Below, in pieces: positions 9,215 to 17,334 of a DNA stretch of 64,000 nucleotides. The notes beneath the pieces are model-generated. The model saw only the letters and a program-made list of their open reading frames with translations. It had not been told where the DNA came from and made no database searches. How positions within the stretch are numbered: the first letter of the stretch is position 1; each line of letters begins with the position of its first letter. The position numbers and the translations under genes are program-made. The DNA comes from a bacterium (GTDB taxonomy: Bacteria; 4484-113; JAFGCY01): positions 128,404 through 192,403 of the forward strand of contig JAGRNT010000005.1 in the NCBI GenBank assembly GCA_020440605.1, read 5' to 3'.

Positions 9215-9769
9215 TCAACTCCTGGCAACCACGTGCCGGTAATCCATTGACAGCCAGTCGCGCCGGCTGATTGCATAGAAAAGCTTGGCGACGTGCCGGC
9301 CGCAGCTGAAGTGCGCCGCGGGCTTGAGCCCGATGTAGCGCATCCCGCAGCGCTCCAGGCCGCGGATCGCCGCCGTATGGCCCTCAAGGGTCACGGCGTA
9401 GAGCGTGTCCAGCGGCAGGTTCTCGAACAGGAAGCAGGCCGCGAGCCGCTTGGCCTCCGAGCCGAAGCCGCGCCGGCGCCAGGCCCCGAACAGATGCGTG
9501 CCCGTCCAGTAGCTGAGCAGGTCACTGTGCAGGTTCAGGTAGCCCGCCATGCTGTTGCCGGCAAGTTCCTCGATGGCCCAGGTCAGGCCCTGCTCCAGAT
9601 CCAGCCCGCCATTGGCTGCGAAACGCTGCACCTGCATCGCCGAGGCCCCATGCCAGGGACCCCAGAGCCCAGGCGGGTCCTCAAGGCTGCTGGCCGTGAT
9701 CCTGGCCCATTCAGCTTCGCTGGCAACAGGCCGGATCCGCACCTGCTCGCCTGTGTAAGTGGTGTACAT
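9215..9769 (-). CDS. GNAT family N-acetyltransferase, paralog 4
   Basis: Starts MMYTTYTGEQVRIRPV (two consecutive ATGs, 9772 and 9769). Motif WRRRGFGSEAKRLA. C-terminus …LSMDYRHVVARS. Confidence 0.75.
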   Translation of the reverse strand: MYTTYTGEQVRIRPVASEAEWARITASSLEDPPGLWGPWHGASAMQVQRFAANGGLDLEQGLTWAIEELAGNSMAGYLNLHSDLLSYWTGTHLFGAWRRRGFGSEAKRLAACFLFENLPLDTLYAVTLEGHTAAIRGLERCGMRYIGLKPAAHFSCGRHVAKLFYAISRRDWLSMDYRHVVARS

Positions 9770-9772
9770 CAT

Positions 9773-10327
9773 TCAACTCCTGACAACCGCATGGCGGTAG
9801 TCCATCTGCTCCCATTCACTGCGCATGAGCTGGAAGTAATGTGTGTCAACGTAGCGGCCGCGCACGAAGTGCGAGAGCCGGGTACTGCCGGCAGGGCGGA
9901 AGCCCACGGCCTCCAGCCCGGCGCGGCTGCGCGCATGCACTGCAGTTGTGTCGGCCCAGAGTGACTCAAGCGGGAAGTTCTCGAACAGGAAGCACATGGC
10001 CAGCAGCTTGGCCTCGCGGCCGAAGCCCCGGCTCATCTGCGCCGGGATGATCCCCGTGGCCGGGAAGGCCGTGAGCTGCCAGCGGCCGATGCCGCAGTAT
10101 TCCAGCCCGACGAACTCTCCGTTGTCAGTGCGCTCAATCGCAAAGGCGAAGCTGTCCATGGATGTGGCCAGGCGCTGCCACTCGGATGCACTGCGCGCCG
10201 CCACATCCCACTGGATGCCGAGGTGCTCATTGGGCGAGACCGCGTAGCTGCGCACATAGGCGGCGAACTCCGCCTCGCTGGCGAAGGGCCTGATCCGAAC
10301 TTGTTGTCCTGCGTATGTTGTATACAT
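9773..10327 (-). CDS. GNAT family N-acetyltransferase, paralog 5
   Basis: ATG at 10325-10327 (MYTTYAGQQVRIRPF…). Motif MSRGFGREAKLLA. C-terminus …WEQMDYRHAVVRS. The track ORF is over-extended upstream. Confidence 0.75.
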   Translation of the reverse strand: MYTTYAGQQVRIRPFASEAEFAAYVRSYAVSPNEHLGIQWDVAARSASEWQRLATSMDSFAFAIERTDNGEFVGLEYCGIGRWQLTAFPATGIIPAQMSRGFGREAKLLAMCFLFENFPLESLWADTTAVHARSRAGLEAVGFRPAGSTRLSHFVRGRYVDTHYFQLMRSEWEQMDYRHAVVRS

Positions 10328-10441
10328 ATCTTCAGGTTGTAGGAGCTGGGTTGTAGGACATAGGGGATGTGTCGAGCTTCGCTCGACCTGATCAACCATG
10401 GTGACGCGGAGCGTCACACCAGCCCTACACCCGACAACCTA
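10328..10441. repeat. MITE-like inverted-repeat element, family A copy
   Basis: aggttgtaggagctgggttgtaggacatagg – gtgtcgagcttcgctcgac – ggtgacgcggagcgtcac – ccctacacccgacaacctagctcctatgtcct. It abuts the ATG of paralog 5 and contains the stop codon of paralog 6. Confidence 0.55.
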
Positions 10442-11002
10442 GCTCCTATGTCCTCTCCTTACGATTTCCCTGATCGGCAAGCGTTCCCAGTCCTCACGCA
10501 TGATCCGGTAGTAGATCCGTGCCGTATGGCCGCCCTGGCTGTACTGAGCAACTCGCTGACAGCCGCAGCGCTGCATCCCGATTGCTTCCAGTCCGCGGGC
10601 GGAGCGCCTGTGGTTTCCCAGTGTGACCGCCCAGACGGAGTGCAGCGGGAAATTCTCGAACATGTGGCACAGGGCCAGCAGCTTGGCTTCACGGCCGTAA
10701 CCGCGGCTGCGCTGCTCACTGAGGATTTCCGTGCCGATGCTGCCCGCCAGCTGGTCGCGTTGCGGCCGGGCGTTCACCCAGCCCACATGTTTACCCTTGC
10801 CGACCTGCTCGACTGCGAAACAGGTCTCCAGCCCGCTGGCAAGATTGAGGCGGTAACGCTCGACTGCGTCGTCAATCCGCCAGCGACAGTCACCGAACTG
10901 CGCATTGAGCATGGAGAACTGCACCGTGCAGAATTCGCGCAGTTCCGTCTCGTCCCTGAAGGGCCGGATCCGCACCAGCTGTCCCGTGTATGTCGTGTAC
11001 AT
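10439..11002 (-). CDS. GNAT family N-acetyltransferase, paralog 6 (subfamily ending WERLPIREIVRRGHRS)
   Basis: ATG at 11000-11002 (MYTTYTGQLVRIRPF…). Motif QRSRGYGREAKLLA. The last codons …GHRS* are encoded inside the repeat arm. Confidence 0.75.
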   Translation of the reverse strand: MYTTYTGQLVRIRPFRDETELREFCTVQFSMLNAQFGDCRWRIDDAVERYRLNLASGLETCFAVEQVGKGKHVGWVNARPQRDQLAGSIGTEILSEQRSRGYGREAKLLALCHMFENFPLHSVWAVTLGNHRRSARGLEAIGMQRCGCQRVAQYSQGGHTARIYYRIMREDWERLPIREIVRRGHRS

Positions 11003-11114
11003 AACTTCAGGTTGTAGGAGCTGGGTTGTAGGACATTGGGGGTGTCGAGCTTCGCTCGACCTGAATAATCATGGTGACGCGAAGCGTCACACCAGCCCTA
11101 CACCCTGCAACCTA
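11003..11114. repeat. MITE-like inverted-repeat element, family A copy (about 90% identical to 10328-10441)
   Basis: aggttgtaggagctgggttgtaggacattggg…gtgacgcgaagcgtcac…ccctacaccctgcaacctagctcctatgtcc. Confidence 0.55.
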
Positions 11115-11675
11115 GCTCCTATGTCCTCTCCTTACGATTTCCCGGATCGGCAAACGTTCCCAGTCTTCACGCATGATCTGGTACTTCACCCTGGCAACAC
11201 GCGTGCCCCGGTGCCGGAAGGCGCAGGGGATCGTACCCACATGCCTGAAGCCCAGTGCCTCAAGTCCGGCCCGGGCCCGGGTGTGCACGGCCAGGGTGTC
11301 GGCCCAGACGGATTCGATCGCGAAGTTCTCGAACAGGTGGCAGATTGACAGCAGCTTGGCCTCACGGCCGAAGCCCTGGTGCCAGTGCTCCCGCAGGATC
11401 TCGGTGCCGACGCTGGCCGCCAGCTGGTAGGTGCCGAGCACGGCGCTGACCCAGCCGATGGCCTCGCCGCTGTCCAGCCGTTCGATGCAGAAGCGCTCCG
11501 CCGCCTCATGCGAGATCGAGTTGCCAAAGCGCTTCCGGCTTTTGATCGCGCGGTGCCAGTCATCACCCCAGAAATCACTGAGCGTGATGAACTGGCGGCT
11601 GGAGAACTGCCAGAGCTCATCCGCATCGCGGAAGGGCCGCAGCTTTACTCTCTCACCTGTGTAGACAACATGCAT
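11112..11675 (-). CDS. GNAT family N-acetyltransferase, paralog 7
   Basis: ATG at 11673-11675 (MHVVYTGERVKLRPF…). Motif WHQGFGREAKLLS. C-terminus …WERLPIREIVRRGHRS. Confidence 0.75.
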   Translation of the reverse strand: MHVVYTGERVKLRPFRDADELWQFSSRQFITLSDFWGDDWHRAIKSRKRFGNSISHEAAERFCIERLDSGEAIGWVSAVLGTYQLAASVGTEILREHWHQGFGREAKLLSICHLFENFAIESVWADTLAVHTRARAGLEALGFRHVGTIPCAFRHRGTRVARVKYQIMREDWERLPIREIVRRGHRS

Positions 11676-11677
11676 TG

Positions 11678-11798
11678 CTCACTCCTGTTGAGGATCTAGG
11701 AGCTAGGTTGTAGGGTGTAGGGAATGTGTGACGCTTCGCGTCACCATGGTTATTCAGGTCGAGCGAAGCTCGACACCTACCCTAGGTCCTACAACCTA
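11678..11798. repeat. MITE-like inverted-repeat element, family A copy
   Basis: gaggatctaggagctaggttgtagggtgtaggg – gtgtgacgcttcgcgtcac – gtcgagcgaagctcgac – cctaggtcctacaacctagctcctacaccc. Confidence 0.5.
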
Positions 11799-12368
11799 GC
11801 TCCTACACCCTCGTTTCACTGTATTCCGGATCGGCATGCGCTCCCATTCCTCGCGCATGATCTGGTAGAGCGGCACTGCCACCTGCTGGCCGGCATGCCA
11901 GTGGATGCAGGGATACAGCCCGATCCGCCGCATCCCGACCGCCAGCAGCCCGGCCTGGGCCCGCAGGTGTTCAGCCGTGGTATCCGCCCAGACGGTCTGG
12001 ATCGGGAAGCTCTCGAACAGGTGGCAGAGCATAAGCAGCTTGGCCTCACGACCGAAGCCCCGGCTCCAGTGCCGCCTGTCAATCACGGTCCCGAGCCAGG
12101 TTGCCAGCCGGCCTGCGGCCGGCACGCCGAAGCTCTCGATGCCGATGCATTCACCCGTGTCCAGGCGTTCGATCGCCAGACTGTTCTCGCCCTTGTCATC
12201 CAGCAGTTCTCCGTTGCTGAACTCGCGGTCCAGTTTGCTGGCAACGGTGTGGTACGGCCCCCAGAAGGGGCTGTAGCTGAACTCATGCGAGGCCTGCAGC
12301 TGTTGCCATTCCTGCAGGTCCCGCACCGGCCGCAGCCTGACGAGTTCACCTGTGTAGACATTGTTCAT
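11796..12368 (-). CDS. GNAT family N-acetyltransferase, paralog 8
   Basis: ATG at 12366-12368 (MNNVYTGELVRLRPV…). Motif HWSRGFGREAKLLM. C-terminus …WERMPIRNTVKRGCRS. Confidence 0.75.
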   Translation of the reverse strand: MNNVYTGELVRLRPVRDLQEWQQLQASHEFSYSPFWGPYHTVASKLDREFSNGELLDDKGENSLAIERLDTGECIGIESFGVPAAGRLATWLGTVIDRRHWSRGFGREAKLLMLCHLFESFPIQTVWADTTAEHLRAQAGLLAVGMRRIGLYPCIHWHAGQQVAVPLYQIMREEWERMPIRNTVKRGCRS

Positions 12369-12491
12369 TCATCACTCCAATTGAGGATTTAGGATCTCGG
12401 TTGTAGGACCCAGGGGATGTGTCGAGCTTTGCTCGACCAGAATGATTCCGGTGACGCGAAGCGTCACACAAACCCTACTCCCTACAACCTA
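12369..12491. repeat. MITE-like inverted-repeat element, family A copy
   Basis: gaggatttaggatctcggttgtaggacccagggg – gtgtcgagctttgctcgac – ggtgacgcgaagcgtcac – ccctactccctacaacctagctcctacaccc. Confidence 0.5.
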
Positions 12492-13061
12492 GCTCCTACA
12501 CCCTCGCTGCACCGTCTGCCTGATTGGCAGCTTTTCCCATTCATCGCGCAGGATCCTGTAACAGGGCGATGGCAACAGTCTGCCGGCCTTGTAGAGGTAG
12601 CCGTAATGCTTGCCGGCCAGCTGCATCCCGCAGGCCATCAGCCCGGCCTTGGCCCTGCTGTGCTCGTCCGTGGTGTCCGCCCAGACGCATTCGATCGGAA
12701 AGTTCTCGAACAGGTGGCAGAGATTGAGCAGCTTGGCCTCGCGGCCGAAGCCCTGGCCCCAGTGCTGCCTGGCAATGATCGTGCCGATCCAGGTGTTCGT
12801 GCGCGTTGCATTCATCCCGCCGTACTCCTCGAAGCCGACGGCCTCGCCGGTGTCCAGGCGCTCGATCGCGAAGCAGGAGTACTCGTCCGTGGACAGCATC
12901 CCGCCCGGTACGAACTCCTTTCGCTTCTGGAGTTCCGGCCAGTGCCAGTCCCCCCAGAATTCGTTGAAGTTGCTTTCCATGTCCGTCTGCACCTTCATCC
13001 ATTCATCCAGATCCCTGAAGGGTCTGATCCGGGTGCGCTCACCCGTGTACACAACATGCAT
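12489..13061 (-). CDS. GNAT family N-acetyltransferase, paralog 9
   Basis: The track start is TTG at 13073; the ATG is at 13059-13061 (MHVVYTGERTRIRPF…). Motif HWGQGFGREAKLLN. C-terminus …WEKLPIRQTVQRGCRS. Confidence 0.75.
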   Translation of the reverse strand: MHVVYTGERTRIRPFRDLDEWMKVQTDMESNFNEFWGDWHWPELQKRKEFVPGGMLSTDEYSCFAIERLDTGEAVGFEEYGGMNATRTNTWIGTIIARQHWGQGFGREAKLLNLCHLFENFPIECVWADTTDEHSRAKAGLMACGMQLAGKHYGYLYKAGRLLPSPCYRILRDEWEKLPIRQTVQRGCRS

Positions 13062-13074
13062 TGCTCTCTCCAAT

Positions 13075-13145
13075 AGTGGTGAGTGCTCAGTGGTCAGAAT
13101 TCAGATCAACCTGACTACTGACCACTGACTACTGACCACTCTCCT
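13075..13145. repeat. heptamer tandem/inverted repeat array (CTGACCA/CTGACTA), family B
   Basis: cagtggtcag … ctgactactgaccactgactactgaccact. Overlaps the last codons of paralog 10. Confidence 0.45.
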
Positions 13146-13674
13146 GCCATTCACTCCGTGTGATCCCGCAGTAGACGATTCCCGTCCACTTTCCGCGGGA
13201 GTACCAGTTGACCCGGGTCCGGCCCAGCTCACGCATCCCGCAGCTCAGCATCCCGCCGATCGCCGCCTGATGGCTGGCCAGCGTCCCGCCGTAGACCATC
13301 TCCACCGGGAAGTTGTCAAACAGCAGCTGCATGGCCAGCTGCTTGGCCTCCCGGCCGTAACCCCTGCGCCAGTGCGGCTCGAGGATCATCGTGCCGATCT
13401 CCGTGGCGGTGCGGCTGCCCGTCGGGAAGCGCAGCACCTCGTAGCCGACCAGCTCCCGCTCCGCCAGCGTCTCGATTGCCAGGAAGGAGAAGTAGTGCGA
13501 CTCGTCCAGCATCCCGCAGCGGGACCAGTCCTGCTCGAGTGAGGACAGTGCCGTCCAGCCGTAGCCCCACCAGTCGTCGCGCTGCATCCACAGCTCATGG
13601 TTGAGCTGTGCATACTCCGCGGCGCTGGCGAAGGGCCTGAGCCTGACGAGCCTGCCTTCGATTGTCATCTGCAT
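13129..13674 (-). CDS. GNAT family N-acetyltransferase, paralog 10
   Basis: ATG at 13672-13674 (MQMTIEGRLVRLRPF…). Motif HWRRGYGREAKQLA. Confidence 0.75.
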   Translation of the reverse strand: MQMTIEGRLVRLRPFASAAEYAQLNHELWMQRDDWWGYGWTALSSLEQDWSRCGMLDESHYFSFLAIETLAERELVGYEVLRFPTGSRTATEIGTMILEPHWRRGYGREAKQLAMQLLFDNFPVEMVYGGTLASHQAAIGGMLSCGMRELGRTRVNWYSRGKWTGIVYCGITRSEWQESGQ

Positions 13675-13679
13675 ACCAG

Positions 13680-13792
13680 TGCTCCTTCGGAACAGTAAGT
13701 GGTCAGTAGTCAGTGGTCAGTAGTCAGTGGTAAGGAAGGATTCAGTCTGACCACTGACCACTGACTACTCACCACTCACTACTGTCCAGCGA
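13680..13792. repeat. heptamer inverted repeat array (GTGGTCAGTAGTCAGTGG … CTGACCACTGACCACTGACTACT), family B
   Basis: Two opposed arrays of 7-nt units flank aggaaggattcagt. Together they form a long imperfect hairpin. Confidence 0.45.
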
Positions 13793-14360
13793 ATTCCCGC
13801 CGCTGCTGCTCGGCCAGTTCCCGGTAGGCCGGGGCGATCCAGCCGTAATGGTGCACCGCCACCGGCTCACCGAGCCACATCTGCATGCGCTCGAACACCA
13901 CCTCCAGCTCATAGCCGCAGTCCTTCAGCCAGCCGGCCTTGGCGGCTTCCGGCTCGATGATCTCGCAGCCGATCCGCACGGGGTCGTGCCAGTCCATCAT
14001 CAGCGACTCATAGGCCTTCAGCAGGTCGATGCCGACGGCGTCACGGTCCGCGATGTTGTCATCGACATGCACCGTGGTCCAGTAGACGCGGTTCTGGCCG
14101 CGCTGGATCAGGAAGCCCACCACACCGCCGGCCCTGCGCACCGCGACGTAGTACTTCTCCCCGCTGCTCCAGAGCCCGGGGTCCTTCTCGTCCTCGAACT
14201 TCTTCTTCAGCCGCTGCAGGGTCCAGGGCGTGGGCTTGCGTTCGCAGGGGTTCTGCGCCATCAGCGGGGCCAGCTGCTCGAGGTCCTTCTCCAGCACGGG
14301 GCGCAGCACGATATGCTCGCCCTCCACGAAGCCGCGTTCGGTGTTTGCGTTGTCAGTCAT
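13779..14360 (-). CDS. GNAT-like acetyltransferase, divergent paralog 11
   Basis: ATG at 14358-14360 preceded by an AGGAGA SD (MTDNANTERGFVEGEHIVLRPVLEKD…). Motif IVLRP plus a GNAT-like core. More divergent than paralogs 1-10. Confidence 0.6.
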   Translation of the reverse strand: MTDNANTERGFVEGEHIVLRPVLEKDLEQLAPLMAQNPCERKPTPWTLQRLKKKFEDEKDPGLWSSGEKYYVAVRRAGGVVGFLIQRGQNRVYWTTVHVDDNIADRDAVGIDLLKAYESLMMDWHDPVRIGCEIIEPEAAKAGWLKDCGYELEVVFERMQMWLGEPVAVHHYGWIAPAYRELAEQQRREFAGQ

Positions 14361-14970
14361 TTCCGTTCTCCTGTGTTCCATTCTCTCGTTCAGTCATGTT
14401 GCCACCGTTCCCACGGTGGACTTCCGCCAGCCAGGGCTGGCTGCGCCATTCCCGGCGCGTGATCACCCAGTGGCTCATCGCCGCGTGACTGCCGGCGCTG
14501 TACTGGCTGCAGGGCACGAGACCCTCGCAGCGCATCCCGCAGCGCCGCAGTCCGGTCAGGGCCCGCACATGCGTTGCCAGGGTCCGGGCGCTGACGCGTT
14601 CCACCGCGAAGTTCTCAAACATGTAGCACATTGCCAGGCGCTTGGCCTGCATGCCGAATCCGCGGCTCCAGTGGCGCCTGAGGATCAGCGTACCGATCAG
14701 GGCGTCGAGCTGGCCCTCGCACATCGGTGCGAGGATCTCGATGCCCACCGCCCGGTCATCCGTGCCGTCAGTGATCGCCAGCTGGCCCCAGCTGCCGTTG
14801 TCAATTCCGCTGTCACGCTCGAAGGTGCTGCGCAGAACCCGTTCGGTGCGCCACATCGGACCCCAGAACGGGTTGAACTCGTCCTCCAGCCCGCGCCGGA
14901 CGCGCATGAATTCATCCAGGTCCCTGAAGGGCCTGAGACGCACTGGTCCTGCGGCGTAGTGCAGCTGCAC
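14353..14970 (-). CDS. GNAT family N-acetyltransferase, paralog 12
   Basis: GTG start per the track (MQLHYAAGPVRLRPF…); no nearby in-frame ATG. Motif HWSRGFGMQAKRLA. First GNAT after the ABC ATPase. Confidence 0.65.
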   Translation of the reverse strand: MQLHYAAGPVRLRPFRDLDEFMRVRRGLEDEFNPFWGPMWRTERVLRSTFERDSGIDNGSWGQLAITDGTDDRAVGIEILAPMCEGQLDALIGTLILRRHWSRGFGMQAKRLAMCYMFENFAVERVSARTLATHVRALTGLRRCGMRCEGLVPCSQYSAGSHAAMSHWVITRREWRSQPWLAEVHRGNGGNMTERENGTQENGND

Positions 14971-15106
14971 GGCTCAGCGCCGTCCGGCTGCCTGGTTCGC
15001 TGGCAGGACCCGCCTGCCTGTGCCTGTCATTGTCATTGTCATTTCCCATTTCCTTTTCCCTGGATTTCCCGCGGACGATTCCGCGGGATGCTGCGGATGC
15101 GGCCTG

Positions 15107-16075
15107 TCAGGTCTGGTCCACATCCTCCTCCGCGCTCAGCCATTCGTGGCCGGTCAGTTCCATGAACACCGCTTCCATCCCCGGAGCCGCATCCCCCCTG
15201 GAGGCCTCCCCGCGCTCGATGCGCCGCGCCAGCACCTGCTGCTTCAGTTCCTCAGCCGTGCCGCGGGCCACGAAACGGCCCTCCGCCATCAGCGCGATCC
15301 TGCCGCAGAGCCGCTCCACCTCGTCCATGTCATGGCTGGTGAGCAGCACCGTGGCATCATGCGTGCGCTGCAGCTCGAGGATGTAGTCCTGCACGTCGCG
15401 CTTGCTGCGCGGGTCGAGACCCGTGGTCGGCTCGTCAAGCAGCAGCAGCACAGGGCTCGTCAGCAGCGCGCGCGCGATTGCCACCTTCTGCTGCATTCCG
15501 CGGCTCAGCTCCTGCATGCTGTCCGTCAGCCGGCCCTCCTCGAGCCCCAGCTTCTGGAGGATCTGCTCGGCGCGCTTCAATGCCGACCTGTCGTCAACAC
15601 CGTAGAGCCGTGCCGCATACAGCAGGTTCTCGTTCGGCGACAGCTTCTTGAAGAAGGCCGCATCCACGCTCACGCGGTTCAGCAGGCGCTGCACCTGGTA
15701 GGTGCTCTTCAGCGGGTCCATCCCGAACACGCGGATATCACCGCTGCTCTGCTCCAGCAGCGTGCTGATCATGCGGATCAGCGTGCTCTTGCCACTGCCG
15801 TTGTGCCCGACCACGCCGAAGATCTCGCCGCGCCTGAGCGTCATGCTGATGTTGTCAACAGCCAGCTTCTTCTTCTTCGGCCGGGCGATGCCGCGCCACA
15901 GCTTCGCGAAGCCCGAGGCAGGCGGCAGTTCCTTCTTCGGTACATTGACGATGAAGTGCTTGCTGAGGCCACGGAGCTCCAGGGCATCCGTGGCCGCATC
16001 CACCTGCATCAGTTCCAGTTCCGGGTGCAGGGGCCGGTGTTCGATCGCATCCATGTTGTCATCTCCTGCGGGCAT
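15107..16075 (-). CDS. ABC transporter ATP-binding protein (ABC-2 exporter type)
   Basis: Walker A GHNGSGKST, signature LSRGMQQKVAIARAL, Walker B LLLLDEPTTGLD, H-loop TSHDMDE. The ATG at 16073-16075 overlaps the methyltransferase stop. Confidence 0.85.
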   Translation of the reverse strand: MPAGDDNMDAIEHRPLHPELELMQVDAATDALELRGLSKHFIVNVPKKELPPASGFAKLWRGIARPKKKKLAVDNISMTLRRGEIFGVVGHNGSGKSTLIRMISTLLEQSSGDIRVFGMDPLKSTYQVQRLLNRVSVDAAFFKKLSPNENLLYAARLYGVDDRSALKRAEQILQKLGLEEGRLTDSMQELSRGMQQKVAIARALLTSPVLLLLDEPTTGLDPRSKRDVQDYILELQRTHDATVLLTSHDMDEVERLCGRIALMAEGRFVARGTAEELKQQVLARRIERGEASRGDAAPGMEAVFMELTGHEWLSAEEDVDQT

Positions 16076-16899
16076 CACTGCCCGTCCTTCCGGCGGCAGG
16101 TGTAGATCAGCTCTCCCCGCCGTTCACTGAGTGCCGCTCCCTCATAGGAGGACAGCACCTGTGCCGCCTCCAGCCCGCTGAGTTCCAGCAGCAGCAGCAT
16201 CTCGTTGTGGGTCATCCAGCGCATTCCGAAGCGCTCCTCGGCGTTGTCAACGACCCGCCCTGCGGCATCGAGCCGCTCGAGGCGCATCGTCACATCATGC
16301 CGCTGCAGGCCGGAGTCAGTGCTGATGCGGGTGTAACGCCGCAGCAGCCCGCCCTCCGCACACTCCTCTTCCATGTCCTGCTGGAATCGTCCCTCGGCAC
16401 CATAGGCACCGATTTTGGCGAAGTCCGGGTCGAACAGATCCAGCACCAGCCGGCCGCCATCCGTGAGCTGGCGGCGCACGCAGGCCAGACAGGCCCGCTG
16501 CTCATCCGTCGCCAGCAGGTGCTGGAAGGCCCGGAAGGGGATCAGTACCAGATCGAAACGCTGCTCCAGCGCGAAGTCCTGCATCCCGGCCTGCACGGTG
16601 CTGATCCGCTCGCGGACTTCCGCGGGCTCGCTGGCAAGCTTCTCCTCAAGCCGGGCGAGCATCTCGGAACTCAGGTCGAGTGCCGTGACGCGGTGACCGG
16701 CACGGGCCAGCGGAATGCTGATCCGGCCGGTGCCGCAGCCCAGTTCGAGGATCTCGCAGGCCGTTCCGCCGGCGCAGTCCAGCCAGAACTGCAGGTCCAC
16801 GGCGCTGCGGAATTCGTAGAGCTCGTCGTACCAGCGCGCGATCGCGCCATAGTTGGTGTAGACGTTGCCAGTATCTTGCGTTGTCGTCTCGCCTTGCAT
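16075..16899 (-). CDS. class I SAM-dependent methyltransferase
   Basis: ATG at 16897-16899 (MQGETTTQDTGNVYTNYG…). SAM-binding motif LELGCGTGRISIPLARAGHRVTALDLS. Confidence 0.7.
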   Translation of the reverse strand: MQGETTTQDTGNVYTNYGAIARWYDELYEFRSAVDLQFWLDCAGGTACEILELGCGTGRISIPLARAGHRVTALDLSSEMLARLEEKLASEPAEVRERISTVQAGMQDFALEQRFDLVLIPFRAFQHLLATDEQRACLACVRRQLTDGGRLVLDLFDPDFAKIGAYGAEGRFQQDMEEECAEGGLLRRYTRISTDSGLQRHDVTMRLERLDAAGRVVDNAEERFGMRWMTHNEMLLLLELSGLEAAQVLSSYEGAALSERRGELIYTCRRKDGQ

Positions 16900-17334
16900 G
16901 GAAATGCTCCTGATGCCTGGGGTCGGGATCCGACGGCGGGACAGGCTGTACACGAACGGACGCCTGATCCGGGTCAGATCTGTACAGGTCTGTGGGTGGG
17001 TGGGGAATCCTGCCTTGTCAGCAGGCGTGAATCAATGGAAGAAGCAGAACCCAGTGTGACCGGTACGGATGCGCTTGCCGTCGAGCGGCTTTCTGTTCAT
17101 GTTCATCGCATGTACCTCCTTCACTGGGATTCTCCGCAATGCGGATGTTGCCGGTATTATACCCGGATTGAATGATCTGGCAAGCACCTGCAGCGGCTTT
17201 TCTGCGCAGCACGGTGATCCGGGACATTATTAGTTTCTGGAAATTCCCGGGATTACGGACCGGGAGGCCGTGGCTGGTCGCATTCACGTTGCCAGAATGC
17301 GATGCAAAGCGGGGGAATCAGCAGGAAGCGGCGA

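Noticed and set aside
13075-13792. CRISPR array
   Set aside because: The repeats are 7-nt units in short inverted runs without spacers of regular length. They are not 25-40-nt direct repeats, and no cas genes are present.
7427-14970. Integron gene-cassette array (ORF plus attC units) for the GNAT array, and likewise for the VOC/SRPBCC array
   Set aside because: Cassette-like content (GNAT, VOC, DinB, ArsR) and unidirectional small ORFs with structured intergenic repeats suggested it. But no intI or attI is in the window. The repeat arms (GGTTGTAGG / CCTACAACC) do not match the attC core sites RYYYAAC / GTTRRRY. Half the GNATs abut each other with gaps of 1-2 nt and no intervening site. The same repeat occurs at non-cassette locations (after ffh, around the four-helix-bundle gene). 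A MITE-like dispersed element explains the data better. IntegronFinder or HattCI would settle it.
7537-14970. GNAT toxin/antitoxin modules (AtaT/TacT-like)
   Set aside because: No small RHH or DUF1778-type antitoxin ORFs accompany any of the 12 GNATs. The proteins carry the N-terminal (V/I)R(L/I)RP(F/V) RimL-type motif rather than the toxin-type architecture.
17018-17287. 89-aa ORF in the leader region
   Set aside because: No RBS or start context, atypical composition and no motif. It is more likely non-coding leader.
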